A DNA stretch of 64,000 nucleotides from Deltaproteobacteria bacterium (GTDB taxonomy: Bacteria; Myxococcota; XYA12-FULL-58-9; JABJBS01), in NCBI GenBank assembly GCA_018668695.1, contig JABJBS010000383.1, positions 16,753 through 80,752 on the forward strand, written 5' to 3'. A model generated the notes under the pieces. The model saw only the letters and a program-made list of their open reading frames with translations. It was not told where the DNA came from and did no database searches. Positions 56,163 through 64,000 of the stretch are shown in pieces (within the stretch, counting starts at the first letter, position 1; every line of letters begins with the position of its first letter). The position numbers were made by a program, and so were the translations under genes.

Positions 56163-56969
56163 TTACGATGATGGAGCACTGGTGATTTCGCTTAAAATTT
56201 GCTCACACAACTGGGCGTTCCAAAGAATGCTCAAATGACCTGAGCCGCCGAGGCTACTGACGCGTTGACCGAAGCAGGCTGACTCTGCGGGAATGATTTG
56301 GCTGTCGAGTGGGCTGTGGAATGTAAGCACGCAGTCGCCAGGTTCGTGATTTAAAGCCTGGAGCAAGGGTGAACCCGGTTGGAGCTGAAAGCCAAGCTGA
56401 CCCGGCATAAAAACCGCAAGACGGGTTCCGTGGTGCGGCGTAGCGACGGTGAAAGTTGCTTGGCAATAGCGCCCAGGACTTTGGGATGGTCCGAGGCGTG
56501 CAGCGAGCCCGGCGATACCGTGGGCGACGAGGTAAGGTTTTTCTCCGCCAATCAGGCTGCTGAAGCGTTCGAGTTCTTCACATAAGTTGTCGGCCATACG
56601 GTCAATAGCCCCACGTGAAAAAGCAACGGGTAGGATGTAGACATTACGTGCGCCTTTTGCCCGGAGGGATTTGTAAAGCCCGTACATCGGTCCTCCCCAG
56701 CCCCACAATGTGCCGCTGACCAAGCAAATGGGCGGTCCTCCATTGGGGTCGAACTCTCTTCTTTTGTGCATGATGATGGCCCATGGGCACAGTGCCACGG
56801 CTACCAGCGTTGCTAAGAAGTTTCCAAGAGCGGCTTCGGCATAATCTCTAATAATGGAGGGGCCTGCGGTGCGCCCACTGCTTACGCTATCGAAGTGGTG
56901 AATCGCGGCGGCCAAGACTTCGCCAATAACTAAGACCGTTGAGATAAACTGTAAAAGAAATAGGATCAT
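56163..56969 (-). CDS. membrane-anchored alpha/beta-hydrolase-like (lipase-like) protein, possibly non-catalytic
   Basis: N-terminal TM. ICLVSGTLWGWGG and VYILPVAFSRG resemble small bacterial lipase/PGAP1-like folds. The nucleophile elbow reads AHGIAG (Ser replaced by Gly). Confidence 0.3.
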   Translation of the reverse strand: MILFLLQFISTVLVIGEVLAAAIHHFDSVSSGRTAGPSIIRDYAEAALGNFLATLVAVALCPWAIIMHKRREFDPNGGPPICLVSGTLWGWGGPMYGLYKSLRAKGARNVYILPVAFSRGAIDRMADNLCEELERFSSLIGGEKPYLVAHGIAGLAARLGPSQSPGRYCQATFTVATPHHGTRLAVFMPGQLGFQLQPGSPLLQALNHEPGDCVLTFHSPLDSQIIPAESACFGQRVSSLGGSGHLSILWNAQLCEQILSEITSAPSS

Positions 56970-56974
56970 ATACT

Positions 56975-58606
56975 TTATTTAGCGACCGCGACTGCACATG
57001 AATGACGGATAACCGTGACTCGAATTTGACCCGGGAAAACCATTTCATCCTCAAGGTCGCGAGCAACGTCTTCAGCCAGTGGATGCAGCTCTTCGTCGGG
57101 AACGTATCGCATTTTGGTGTTTTTATTGCCGCTCTCTGGGTTTTCTTCACGGCCGGGCACCATGATGCGAACTTCGCGGCCAGCATGCATTACATCCACC
57201 CTTTCAACTTCAGGGTGGCGGCTTGCGATATCTTGAATTTGTCGAACCCTATCGAGGTAGAGCGTGATGGTCTCTCGCCGCGCACCAGGTCGCGCTCCGC
57301 TGATCGCGTCGGCGGCCGTGACGATAAAGGCGTAGGGCGTCTCCATGGGTTCGTCGTTGTGGTGCGAGCCAATGGCATTGCTGACCCATTCATTTTCTCG
57401 GCATCTTCGTGCAACTTCGGCTCCTAGGACGGCGTGGGAACCTTCCCGTTCGTGAGTCATCGCTTTACCGATGTCGTGTAAAAGACCGGCCCGTCTTGCC
57501 AATTGAACATCGAGTCCCATTTCCTGAGCCAGCATGCCTGAGAGGTAAGCAACCTCAACGGCATGTTTAAGCTGGTTTTGACTGTAGCTTAAACGGAACT
57601 TGAGTCTTCCCACGAGGGCCATAATGTCTGGATGAGCTTCTTTGAGCCCGAGCTCTTTAAAGGCTTTGCGAGCAGCATTTTTAAGTTCGCGGTCAATCTC
57701 TTCGTTGGTACGTTTACAGATTGTTCGAACCTTGTTGGATGCCGAGATGCTTTTGTTGGAAAGCTGCCTCAAAACACGCCGACCGATTTCACGCCCTAGA
57801 GGGTCGTCGCCACGAACAAGTAGAGAGTTCTCCAGCTTGCCTTCTTCAAGTGTGAAGTCGATGTGCTCGTGCAGGATTTTTCGAGCATCGCTCTCTGGAT
57901 CTGCGAAGATAATTTTTGTTTTAGGATTAGGGAACGGGATGATATTTTGAATTCTTTCAAGGTGACCTGAAACGGAAATTCGTTCCATCATTCTCCCCAT
58001 AAGCTGGCGGGCATTGAAGGTAGCGTTTTGCTCTTGCTCATCGCGGCTCTTCGTTAAAAACCGTTTTGCTCGCCACTTAGCTTCGTCTTTGCGCTCTTGG
58101 ACACATTCTTTGAGCAAGGCCTTTTGTAAAGCGCCGGAGCGCTCTTCGAGCAATGCCAGCTCTTTAGCTTCCGCAGCTACAGCTTGCTGAACGAGATTTT
58201 CAAGTTGGGCTTGCTGGCTCTTTAAGTTGGTTTCGCGGCCTTGAATGACTTGTTGATCTTCACGAGATCTTTGGAGCCGCTGGGCTTGGCGTTCCAGCCG
58301 GTTTTTCAGAGCTGTTTCACGCTTCTCTACAATCGAGGTGTTTTCTTCACTTTCGTTGTTTAGCTGAATCTGGAGCAGCGTCTTACGAGCAGTAGCATCC
58401 CGCTGCGCTTTTTCTTCTGAAGCTTTTTGAAGCGCGCGGGTTTCATTTTTGAGGCGGTCCATGTCTCGTTGAATCTGAGTACGCTTCTGGTTGTAACGTA
58501 AATGGAGCAGGAAGGCGCTTAAGAGCGCGGCGCCTCCTCCAAAGATACATATGTTCCAAAAGCTTAGATTAATCATCGCGTGATAGCCTAAATAAGAGTC
58601 TACCAT
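56975..58606 (-). CDS. rny: ribonuclease Y
   Basis: N-terminal TM, long coiled coil, KH domain, HD domain (LLHDIGKAMTHEREGSHAVLGAEVARR). Confidence 0.9.
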   Translation of the reverse strand: MVDSYLGYHAMINLSFWNICIFGGGAALLSAFLLHLRYNQKRTQIQRDMDRLKNETRALQKASEEKAQRDATARKTLLQIQLNNESEENTSIVEKRETALKNRLERQAQRLQRSREDQQVIQGRETNLKSQQAQLENLVQQAVAAEAKELALLEERSGALQKALLKECVQERKDEAKWRAKRFLTKSRDEQEQNATFNARQLMGRMMERISVSGHLERIQNIIPFPNPKTKIIFADPESDARKILHEHIDFTLEEGKLENSLLVRGDDPLGREIGRRVLRQLSNKSISASNKVRTICKRTNEEIDRELKNAARKAFKELGLKEAHPDIMALVGRLKFRLSYSQNQLKHAVEVAYLSGMLAQEMGLDVQLARRAGLLHDIGKAMTHEREGSHAVLGAEVARRCRENEWVSNAIGSHHNDEPMETPYAFIVTAADAISGARPGARRETITLYLDRVRQIQDIASRHPEVERVDVMHAGREVRIMVPGREENPESGNKNTKMRYVPDEELHPLAEDVARDLEDEMVFPGQIRVTVIRHSCAVAVAK

Positions 58607-58687
58607 TGAGAATACGACTGGTAAGAGACTTTACCAACTAGAAGATCGATTTTTAAGGAAATGGCGTTTTTGATGGCTGGGCGAAGT

Positions 58688-59158
58688 TTATTCTTCGTCC
58701 CATCGAAAAAGCGAAACATAGAGCATTTGATCGTCGTTGTGGGTCGCAATATTGAGCTGGGGCCATGTGCTTAAGCAAGCTTCCGGCAATTCGGCTTCTT
58801 CAAGAACCATGGGCTGCTCAAGGGTGACGCCCGCGGGCAGCAAAACCTTGGTCGAACCGGCAATCATGTTGGCCAGCTCGCCAAATGTGTCATGAACCGC
58901 ATCTTCACCAAGCATGCTGTCGTCAACTTCGTACATAATGGATGCAGCTTCTCGGGCCAGTGATTCTTGGCAGCTCAGGAGGAGACCACCTTGCCATGTG
59001 CCGGTTGCTTCCATCCAGGCGCAGAGAAATTCACTGTTGATATCGTCTCGTGACGAGCCATCCGCACTGCGTTCGAGATCAAGGGACACGACTGTCGACC
59101 AGACCGAGCGGACAATGTCGAATAAGTCGTTATCGTTTACGGACATACCTTGATTCAT
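58688..59158 (-). CDS. CheX/CheC-like chemotaxis phosphatase family protein (paralog 3)
   Basis: 156 aa. DTFGELANMIAGSTK motif. Same length and architecture as the other two copies. Confidence 0.5.
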   Translation of the reverse strand: MNQGMSVNDNDLFDIVRSVWSTVVSLDLERSADGSSRDDINSEFLCAWMEATGTWQGGLLLSCQESLAREAASIMYEVDDSMLGEDAVHDTFGELANMIAGSTKVLLPAGVTLEQPMVLEEAELPEACLSTWPQLNIATHNDDQMLYVSLFRWDEE

Positions 59159-59315
59159 CCCAATTCTTTAGCCACCAACCAGCCTACTGCGCCGCATAGG
59201 TGCCATATTGACTAGCGGGTGTATACCGCTATCGTATTCTATACCAGCAATCCCGACAAAAAATGCACGTAGTGCGCAGCTTTCCTAAACCAAGTGCCTA
59301 GAAAACCTAAAAATT

Positions 59316-60410
59316 TTAGCCAGTTGTCCGTTTTTGTTCTTCTGCATTGATGCCGATCTTATTAAAAAATAGGCCTTCCACGGTTTTCTTGGAAATATCC
59401 CATAAAAGCTCGCGGTCGGTGTTGTTTGAAAATAGCCCTAAATCCACTTTGAAGGCTCCTTTATCGGCTCTGCCGCCCCCATAAAACTCACCATGGGGAC
59501 CTTTACCAAGAAGCTCTTTGATGAATCGGTCGGGTTCAACCACATTACTGGTTGTCCGCAGCGAGCCATCTATAAATTGATTGTTGACGATCCCGTAGCA
59601 AAGGACCGTGTCGATTCCTTCTCGCTGCAGTAAGTAATCGGCTGCTTGGCCGATGCTGTCGCGGTCTTCTTCCCTCACAAAGCCAGCGCCGGCGATCATG
59701 AACGTGTCGGCGATCACCTTGTTGGCAAAGCAGCGCTGAGTGATTTCCATCGTTCGCGGCGAGATGCTTTGCATTGAAATCGACATCAAAAGCTCGTGGT
59801 CAGCGTAGGGTGCTAGATACGAGGCAGCTCGGTAGTCAATTTCGCGTGCCAGGAGGTAATCGTCGGTATCGCTTCGGATTCCGTAAAGCAGAGCACTGGC
59901 AAGTTTTGCACAGGCTGGGTTTTCTCTGTCGAAGATCGCCAGACCTTCCATGAAGTATTCTGCATAAATTGAGCAGGTTGAACCGCAATCTTCACGAACA
60001 TCCACGAATTCCGCTTCGGTTTCGATCTGGAGCTTATGGTGGTCGACAATGGATATGACGGGCAGGTTCTCAAGGCGTCCCGGAAGCTGAAAGAGCTGGG
60101 AGTCTACGATCACAACGCCATCAAAGTTGTCTGGATCGAGTTTGGCCTCATACCGAACCATTTCAATCGCAAGCTTCTTCACCAGCGCCCGGTTCTCTTG
60201 ATGCGAAATATCATCGAAGTAGAGGATAATCGTTTCAATGTCGTAGTTCTGGCAAAGAAAAGCGTGTGCCATTGCGCTGCCAATGCTGTCGGGATCCGGA
60301 AAACCACGAATGGCAATGATGTGCTTTTGACCAGCACACTTTTTCAGCACATCGGCAAGTCCGGGGCGCGACGTTTCCGGCAGTACTTCTTCTGGATTAC
60401 TTGAAGTCAT
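59316..60410 (-). CDS. DHH/DHHA1-family phosphoesterase (NrnA-like oligoribonuclease / pAp phosphatase)
   Basis: DHH motifs (IIAIRGFPDPDSIGSAMA; VVIVDSQ; ISIVDHHKL). C-terminal DHHA1-like GGG region (GGGRADKGAFKV). Confidence 0.65.
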   Translation of the reverse strand: MTSSNPEEVLPETSRPGLADVLKKCAGQKHIIAIRGFPDPDSIGSAMAHAFLCQNYDIETIILYFDDISHQENRALVKKLAIEMVRYEAKLDPDNFDGVVIVDSQLFQLPGRLENLPVISIVDHHKLQIETEAEFVDVREDCGSTCSIYAEYFMEGLAIFDRENPACAKLASALLYGIRSDTDDYLLAREIDYRAASYLAPYADHELLMSISMQSISPRTMEITQRCFANKVIADTFMIAGAGFVREEDRDSIGQAADYLLQREGIDTVLCYGIVNNQFIDGSLRTTSNVVEPDRFIKELLGKGPHGEFYGGGRADKGAFKVDLGLFSNNTDRELLWDISKKTVEGLFFNKIGINAEEQKRTTG

Positions 60411-60526
60411 GGAGAAATCTTAAGGGTTTCCGGAGATGCCAACAAGCGGCAGAAGAATGTATTTACTCTGAGCGTGACCTCTGACCCAAGTATGTTAGGG
60501 TATGTCCTCTGCATACCTAGCGAGGA

Positions 60527-61309
60527 ATGATGCCCCAATTATCAGAATTATCGATTGCTCAACTCTCTAAGCTCCTGGAGCAAAATAAACTAGGAGAGGT
60601 GGAGATCGCTGAACTTAAAGGGGATTCTCGTCAGGGCGCCCGTAAGTTGGCTGCGGCGGCGATCCGGAAAAAAGAACAGGACACCCAAGAGCAAGAGCGC
60701 TTGGTTCAAATGACTAACTTCGAGCGTAAGCTTTGGAAGGGCGGCATTCTCCATGTAGCGGGCGTGGATGAAGTGGGAGCTGGGCCCTTGGCTGGGCCGG
60801 TGGTCGCAGCTGCTGTGGTGCTACCCCCTGAGGTCCTCATCCCCTATGTGAATGACTCAAAAAAGCTGAGCGCAAAACGCCGGGAAACCTTGGAGCAAGA
60901 GATCAAAGAGTTGGCCGTAAGCTATTCGCTTGGTTTTTGCTCACCCGCTGAAATCGATGACCTCAATATTTATCAAGCCTCTCGCGAAGCAATGCGCCGG
61001 GCTGTCAGCGGCTTGAATATTAAGCCAGATTATCTCTTGGTCGATGCACGCTCGGTGCCGGGCATTGGTGTGGAGCAACTTGCAATCAAGGGCGGTGACG
61101 CCAAAAGCCAAACCATTGCGGCGGCGAGTATTTTGGCGAAAGTGTATCGCGATGAACTTATGCATGAATATGCGAAGGAGTACCCGGGCTATGGTTTCGA
61201 AAACCACGCAGGCTATCCGACCAAAGTGCATGTGGAAGCTTTAAAGCGTTTAGGCCCAACACCTATTCATCGGCAGACGTTTGGTCCTGTTCGCGATTGC
61301 TTGCTTTAA
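60527..61309 (+). CDS. rnhB: ribonuclease HII
   Basis: VAGVDEVGAGPLAGPVVAAAVVL (DEVGRG catalytic motif), ...DDSKKLS..., C-terminal YPTKVH. About 65-aa N-terminal extension, so the start may be downstream. Confidence 0.85.
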   Translation: MMPQLSELSIAQLSKLLEQNKLGEVEIAELKGDSRQGARKLAAAAIRKKEQDTQEQERLVQMTNFERKLWKGGILHVAGVDEVGAGPLAGPVVAAAVVLPPEVLIPYVNDSKKLSAKRRETLEQEIKELAVSYSLGFCSPAEIDDLNIYQASREAMRRAVSGLNIKPDYLLVDARSVPGIGVEQLAIKGGDAKSQTIAAASILAKVYRDELMHEYAKEYPGYGFENHAGYPTKVHVEALKRLGPTPIHRQTFGPVRDCLL

Positions 61310-61559
61310 ACTGTCGAACGATTCGGACCACGGCTTTGATTGCGGCGCCGGTTCCTACCACCAGGCCGAATAGAAAGAGCCAGGGTTTGGTTCCGAAATG
61401 CCTGTCTGCGTAATGACCTGCCAAAGTTGAACCGCCAATACACACGGCCATCTCAACACCGACACTTGAATAACGTCCCGCAAGACGCCACATCCGTTGT
61501 CGCTCAGTCAGTCCTTTATTTTTCTGGCCCATACCTAATCCTTTAGATTTCGTTCGCAC
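61263..61559 (-). CDS. small two-TM membrane protein (AtpZ/AtpI-like family?)
   Basis: RLAGRYSSVGVEMAVCIGGSTLAGHYADRHFGTKPWLFLFGLVVGTGAAIKAVV is a two-helix pattern resembling small AtpZ-type proteins, but no atp operon follows. Overlaps both neighbours. Confidence 0.35.
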   Translation of the reverse strand: MRTKSKGLGMGQKNKGLTERQRMWRLAGRYSSVGVEMAVCIGGSTLAGHYADRHFGTKPWLFLFGLVVGTGAAIKAVVRIVRQFKASNREQDQTSADE

Positions 61560-63978
61560 GGCGTCGGTATATCAAGAGAAATGGGATAACAAGCGCGAGG
61601 GCGGAAATAGGCGTGCTTTGGCAGCCGCCGCCGCCAATGGATTCAGGGGCCCGTTCAGTACCGGTAACTTGAGGGGTGGGGCTTGGGCTTTGGATTTGAA
61701 CAACCTCAAAACTTACGGCAAGTTCAGTGCGGTTGGTCCGCGCGCTAGAATCCTTCGCTATAATCGTGGCGTAGGCTTTGTACCCAGCACTGAGATCTGT
61801 GGCATCGAAAATCAGGGTTTGAGGCGCCGGGTCAAAACTTAAATGAGCATTGAGCCCAACGACCTCGAGATCGATATTGTCACCCTCGGGGTCGGCGGCA
61901 TTGATCCGAACCGCCACACTGGTTCCTTCTTCGGCCTTTATGTGAGCAGGTTGCAACGAATCGTCTTCACCTGAGAGTGAAAGTATAGGGGCGTCGTTGA
62001 GGGTAAAGCGCAGGACTCGGCTAAACCCCCGGTCGGCGATAAAGATAAGCTTTCCGTCCGGGGTTACAGCAACTCCCGATGGCGCATTGACGCTGCGGTT
62101 GTCGGCTCTGTAGGCGCCGGAGCCGGGGTGGAAATTACTGCCTAAGGTATGAGTGGCTCGTGCCATGCCACTGGTTGGATCCGCGATATGAGGCGTTGGA
62201 AAATAGAGGACGCGGCTGTTGCCTGCATCAATGGCCCAGAGCCCGGGCTCCTCGCCGCCCGTGAGAGCAAAGTCCCCGACTTCAACAAATCTTGAATAGG
62301 CATCATCGCCTGCGCCGGCAAATGATGCATTGCTGAGCATATTGGGTTGGCCGATGACCAGATCGGCAATCACTGACTCAAGCCGAGCCGATTCGTCGGC
62401 ACCGGTAAGGTGGGCCGTTGGATCTTGAAACATCAGAATGCGATTGTTGCCGCGGTCGCCTACCCAAAGGTTTCCAAACTCATCGGTCGCAAGATTCTTT
62501 ACGTCGCAGATTGTATCGGGGCCTGTTGTGTCATTTTGATTGCAGACGTTGACGGGAAGAGATACGCCGTCGAAGTCTTGCCCAATGACATGGACCGGTA
62601 AATAGATTGAATCAGGCGCGCCATCTTCCGTGGCCAGATTACGCAAATCGTAGATTTGGATTCGGTTGGCCAAAATATCGTTTTCATTGTCTCCGGATGC
62701 GGCAAAGACAAAGTTGCCGTGAATCGCGAGGCCGTGAAAAGTTTGTCTAATACCAAGCGGGCCTTCAGGGTTACGTCCAATAATCGCTATGGGGGCCGTA
62801 CCTGAATTGTAAGAATCATAAACAACGATCCTCTGGTTGTTGAAATCGCAAACTGCTACCCGATTGGATATGGGATCAACATCGATGCAGGTGGGGTAGT
62901 TAAAACCCTCTCCATCTTCATTGTTGGTGCCTTGATTCGAAGCATAGTCAAAAAGAGTAGCTTGGCCTCGTAAAGTTTCCGCATCTGCCATAGCGCCATT
63001 GGCAGCTCTATCGGCGAGGGTGTGAACGACCACGCGATGAGCGCCAGAGTCGGTTGTAAGTAGGTGGGAACTTTGACCGTTGGAAACCAGGGCCACATCG
63101 TTTGGAGCAATGATAGAGCGGCCGTCCACTCGGTTACGATGAGTGTGGGTATAATCAACCTGACCAATCACTTGTTGTGCGGTGAAGATCTCTTCGGCTT
63201 CTTCCTCGAGGTTCGCAATACTGGTCTGAAAGCGAACAACTCTATGATTGTTTTGGTCGGCCACCCAAAGTTCGTCACCACTCCAGGCAAGATCTCTTGG
63301 AGAGTGAAGTCCCCATTGTGATGGGTTGCCCAGTTGCTCTGGATCGGGGTGGTAATTGGGGCCTCCGGCAAGAGCTGGGTCAACTGCGCCGAGACTCAAA
63401 TCGGCATGGCCAAGGTAACGTTGGAAGTCTGGATGCACAGTGACATCATAAGGCTCAACTTGAAGGCCGTCTCGGCGTGTATCGATATAATACACAGGGC
63501 GCGGCACAGGCACGACACGGTGAGTGGAGAACTCCGCAATAAAAGCCTCATCGCGTTCTTCCCCGTTAACGATTCCGCCCACACCGTCAATGGCGCTGAT
63601 ATCGGAAAAGCCTTGAAGAACATGGGTCCAATTGGCCTGAGTGGGGTCACTGTCTAAGGGTTCTAAGAAGCCTGTGGTTTCGTCGATGATGGCAGCATAA
63701 ACCCCGGTAGCGCAGGCAACGGTGAAATAATTTTGAAGTCTTACAAAGCCTCGGATGCCGCTGTCCCCGTTGCAGGGCGAGGGGACATCTCCTTGGCGCA
63801 GTGCAGGAGCGTCGAGGTGATCGGTTGCATAAAAATGAATGGTCTCATCACTTGTGCTGGGACCACCACTGACAACAAAGCGATCAGGAGCAATCGACCC
63901 TATAGCGCTGACTTCTTGAGGGAGGTCGAGGAGTTCATACTCATGAGACGAGTCGTGAATAAACGGGTTATCGTACAC
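61543..63978 (-). CDS. NHL-repeat beta-propeller surface protein with MYXO-CTERM-like sorting signal (N-terminus likely beyond window)
   Basis: NHL repeats (ADQNNHRVVRF; CDFNNQRIVVYD; GDRGNNRILMF). C-terminus GGGGCQSTPISALALVIPFLLIYRRRANEI is a Cys + TM + Arg cluster. No signal peptide at the track Met, so the start is probably upstream of 64000. Confidence 0.7.
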   Translation of the reverse strand: MYDNPFIHDSSHEYELLDLPQEVSAIGSIAPDRFVVSGGPSTSDETIHFYATDHLDAPALRQGDVPSPCNGDSGIRGFVRLQNYFTVACATGVYAAIIDETTGFLEPLDSDPTQANWTHVLQGFSDISAIDGVGGIVNGEERDEAFIAEFSTHRVVPVPRPVYYIDTRRDGLQVEPYDVTVHPDFQRYLGHADLSLGAVDPALAGGPNYHPDPEQLGNPSQWGLHSPRDLAWSGDELWVADQNNHRVVRFQTSIANLEEEAEEIFTAQQVIGQVDYTHTHRNRVDGRSIIAPNDVALVSNGQSSHLLTTDSGAHRVVVHTLADRAANGAMADAETLRGQATLFDYASNQGTNNEDGEGFNYPTCIDVDPISNRVAVCDFNNQRIVVYDSYNSGTAPIAIIGRNPEGPLGIRQTFHGLAIHGNFVFAASGDNENDILANRIQIYDLRNLATEDGAPDSIYLPVHVIGQDFDGVSLPVNVCNQNDTTGPDTICDVKNLATDEFGNLWVGDRGNNRILMFQDPTAHLTGADESARLESVIADLVIGQPNMLSNASFAGAGDDAYSRFVEVGDFALTGGEEPGLWAIDAGNSRVLYFPTPHIADPTSGMARATHTLGSNFHPGSGAYRADNRSVNAPSGVAVTPDGKLIFIADRGFSRVLRFTLNDAPILSLSGEDDSLQPAHIKAEEGTSVAVRINAADPEGDNIDLEVVGLNAHLSFDPAPQTLIFDATDLSAGYKAYATIIAKDSSARTNRTELAVSFEVVQIQSPSPTPQVTGTERAPESIGGGGCQSTPISALALVIPFLLIYRRRANEI

Positions 63979-64000
63979 AAAGATCCGCCAAATACCGCTG

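Noticed and set aside
61263-61559. Annotating the small membrane protein as atpZ/atpI
   Set aside because: No atpB/E/F genes follow it, and the resemblance rests only on the two-helix pattern. It is kept as a generic small membrane protein.
1-64000. Search for tRNA, rRNA, CRISPR, IS elements or integrases
   Set aside because: No cloverleaf-compatible intergenic segments, direct repeat arrays, transposase/integrase motifs or terminal inverted repeats were seen, and the intergenic regions are short (mostly under 200 nt).

Overview
The window is a 64 kb chromosomal segment with about 55 genes, densely packed on both strands. It most likely comes from a Myxococcota- or Bdellovibrio-like deltaproteobacterial-type organism. 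That inference rests on two proteins: a lipoprotein with about ten 'CDDGN..DDGNGCS..C' cysteine-rich repeats of the kind seen in Myxococcus, and an NHL-repeat protein ending in a MYXO-CTERM-like GGGGC-hydrophobic-RRR sorting signal. No rRNA, tRNA, CRISPR array, IS element or integrase was seen.

Housekeeping content:
- lpd (N-terminal fragment at the window start)
- a heme cluster: hemD, a CcsA/HemX-like membrane protein, hemA, a glutaredoxin and ctaB/cyoE, preceded by a near-consensus sigma-54 promoter
- moaC, two SurA-like parvulin isomerases, rsmE, glmU-glmS, tldD/pmbA, rny, an nrnA-like DHH protein and rnhB

Signalling content:
- a GAF-PAS hybrid kinase, a HAMP kinase and a triple-receiver hybrid kinase abutting a tryptophan 2,3-dioxygenase gene
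- a PilZ protein
- a chemotaxis sub-cluster (cheR x2, cheB, cheY and three CheX-like paralogs) with no cheA, cheW or MCP in the window

Surface and secretion content:
- a translationally coupled five-gene type IV pilus minor-pilin operon (pilV-like, pilW-like, pilX-like, a 1600-aa PilY1-like gene and a FimT/GspH-like gene)
- immediately downstream (31.0-36.9 kb), the most unusual region: two paralogous cytoplasmic three-TPR proteins resembling type III secretion class II chaperones (SycD/LcrH/CesD family). They bracket four hydrophilic, low-complexity, coiled-coil proteins without transmembrane segments. Two of these are paralogs with EspA/needle-like C-terminal heptads, each followed by a strong intrinsic terminator. 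No injectisome or flagellar export gene is nearby. I consider this an orphan chaperone/substrate (translocon-like) module and the best candidate for an undescribed system.
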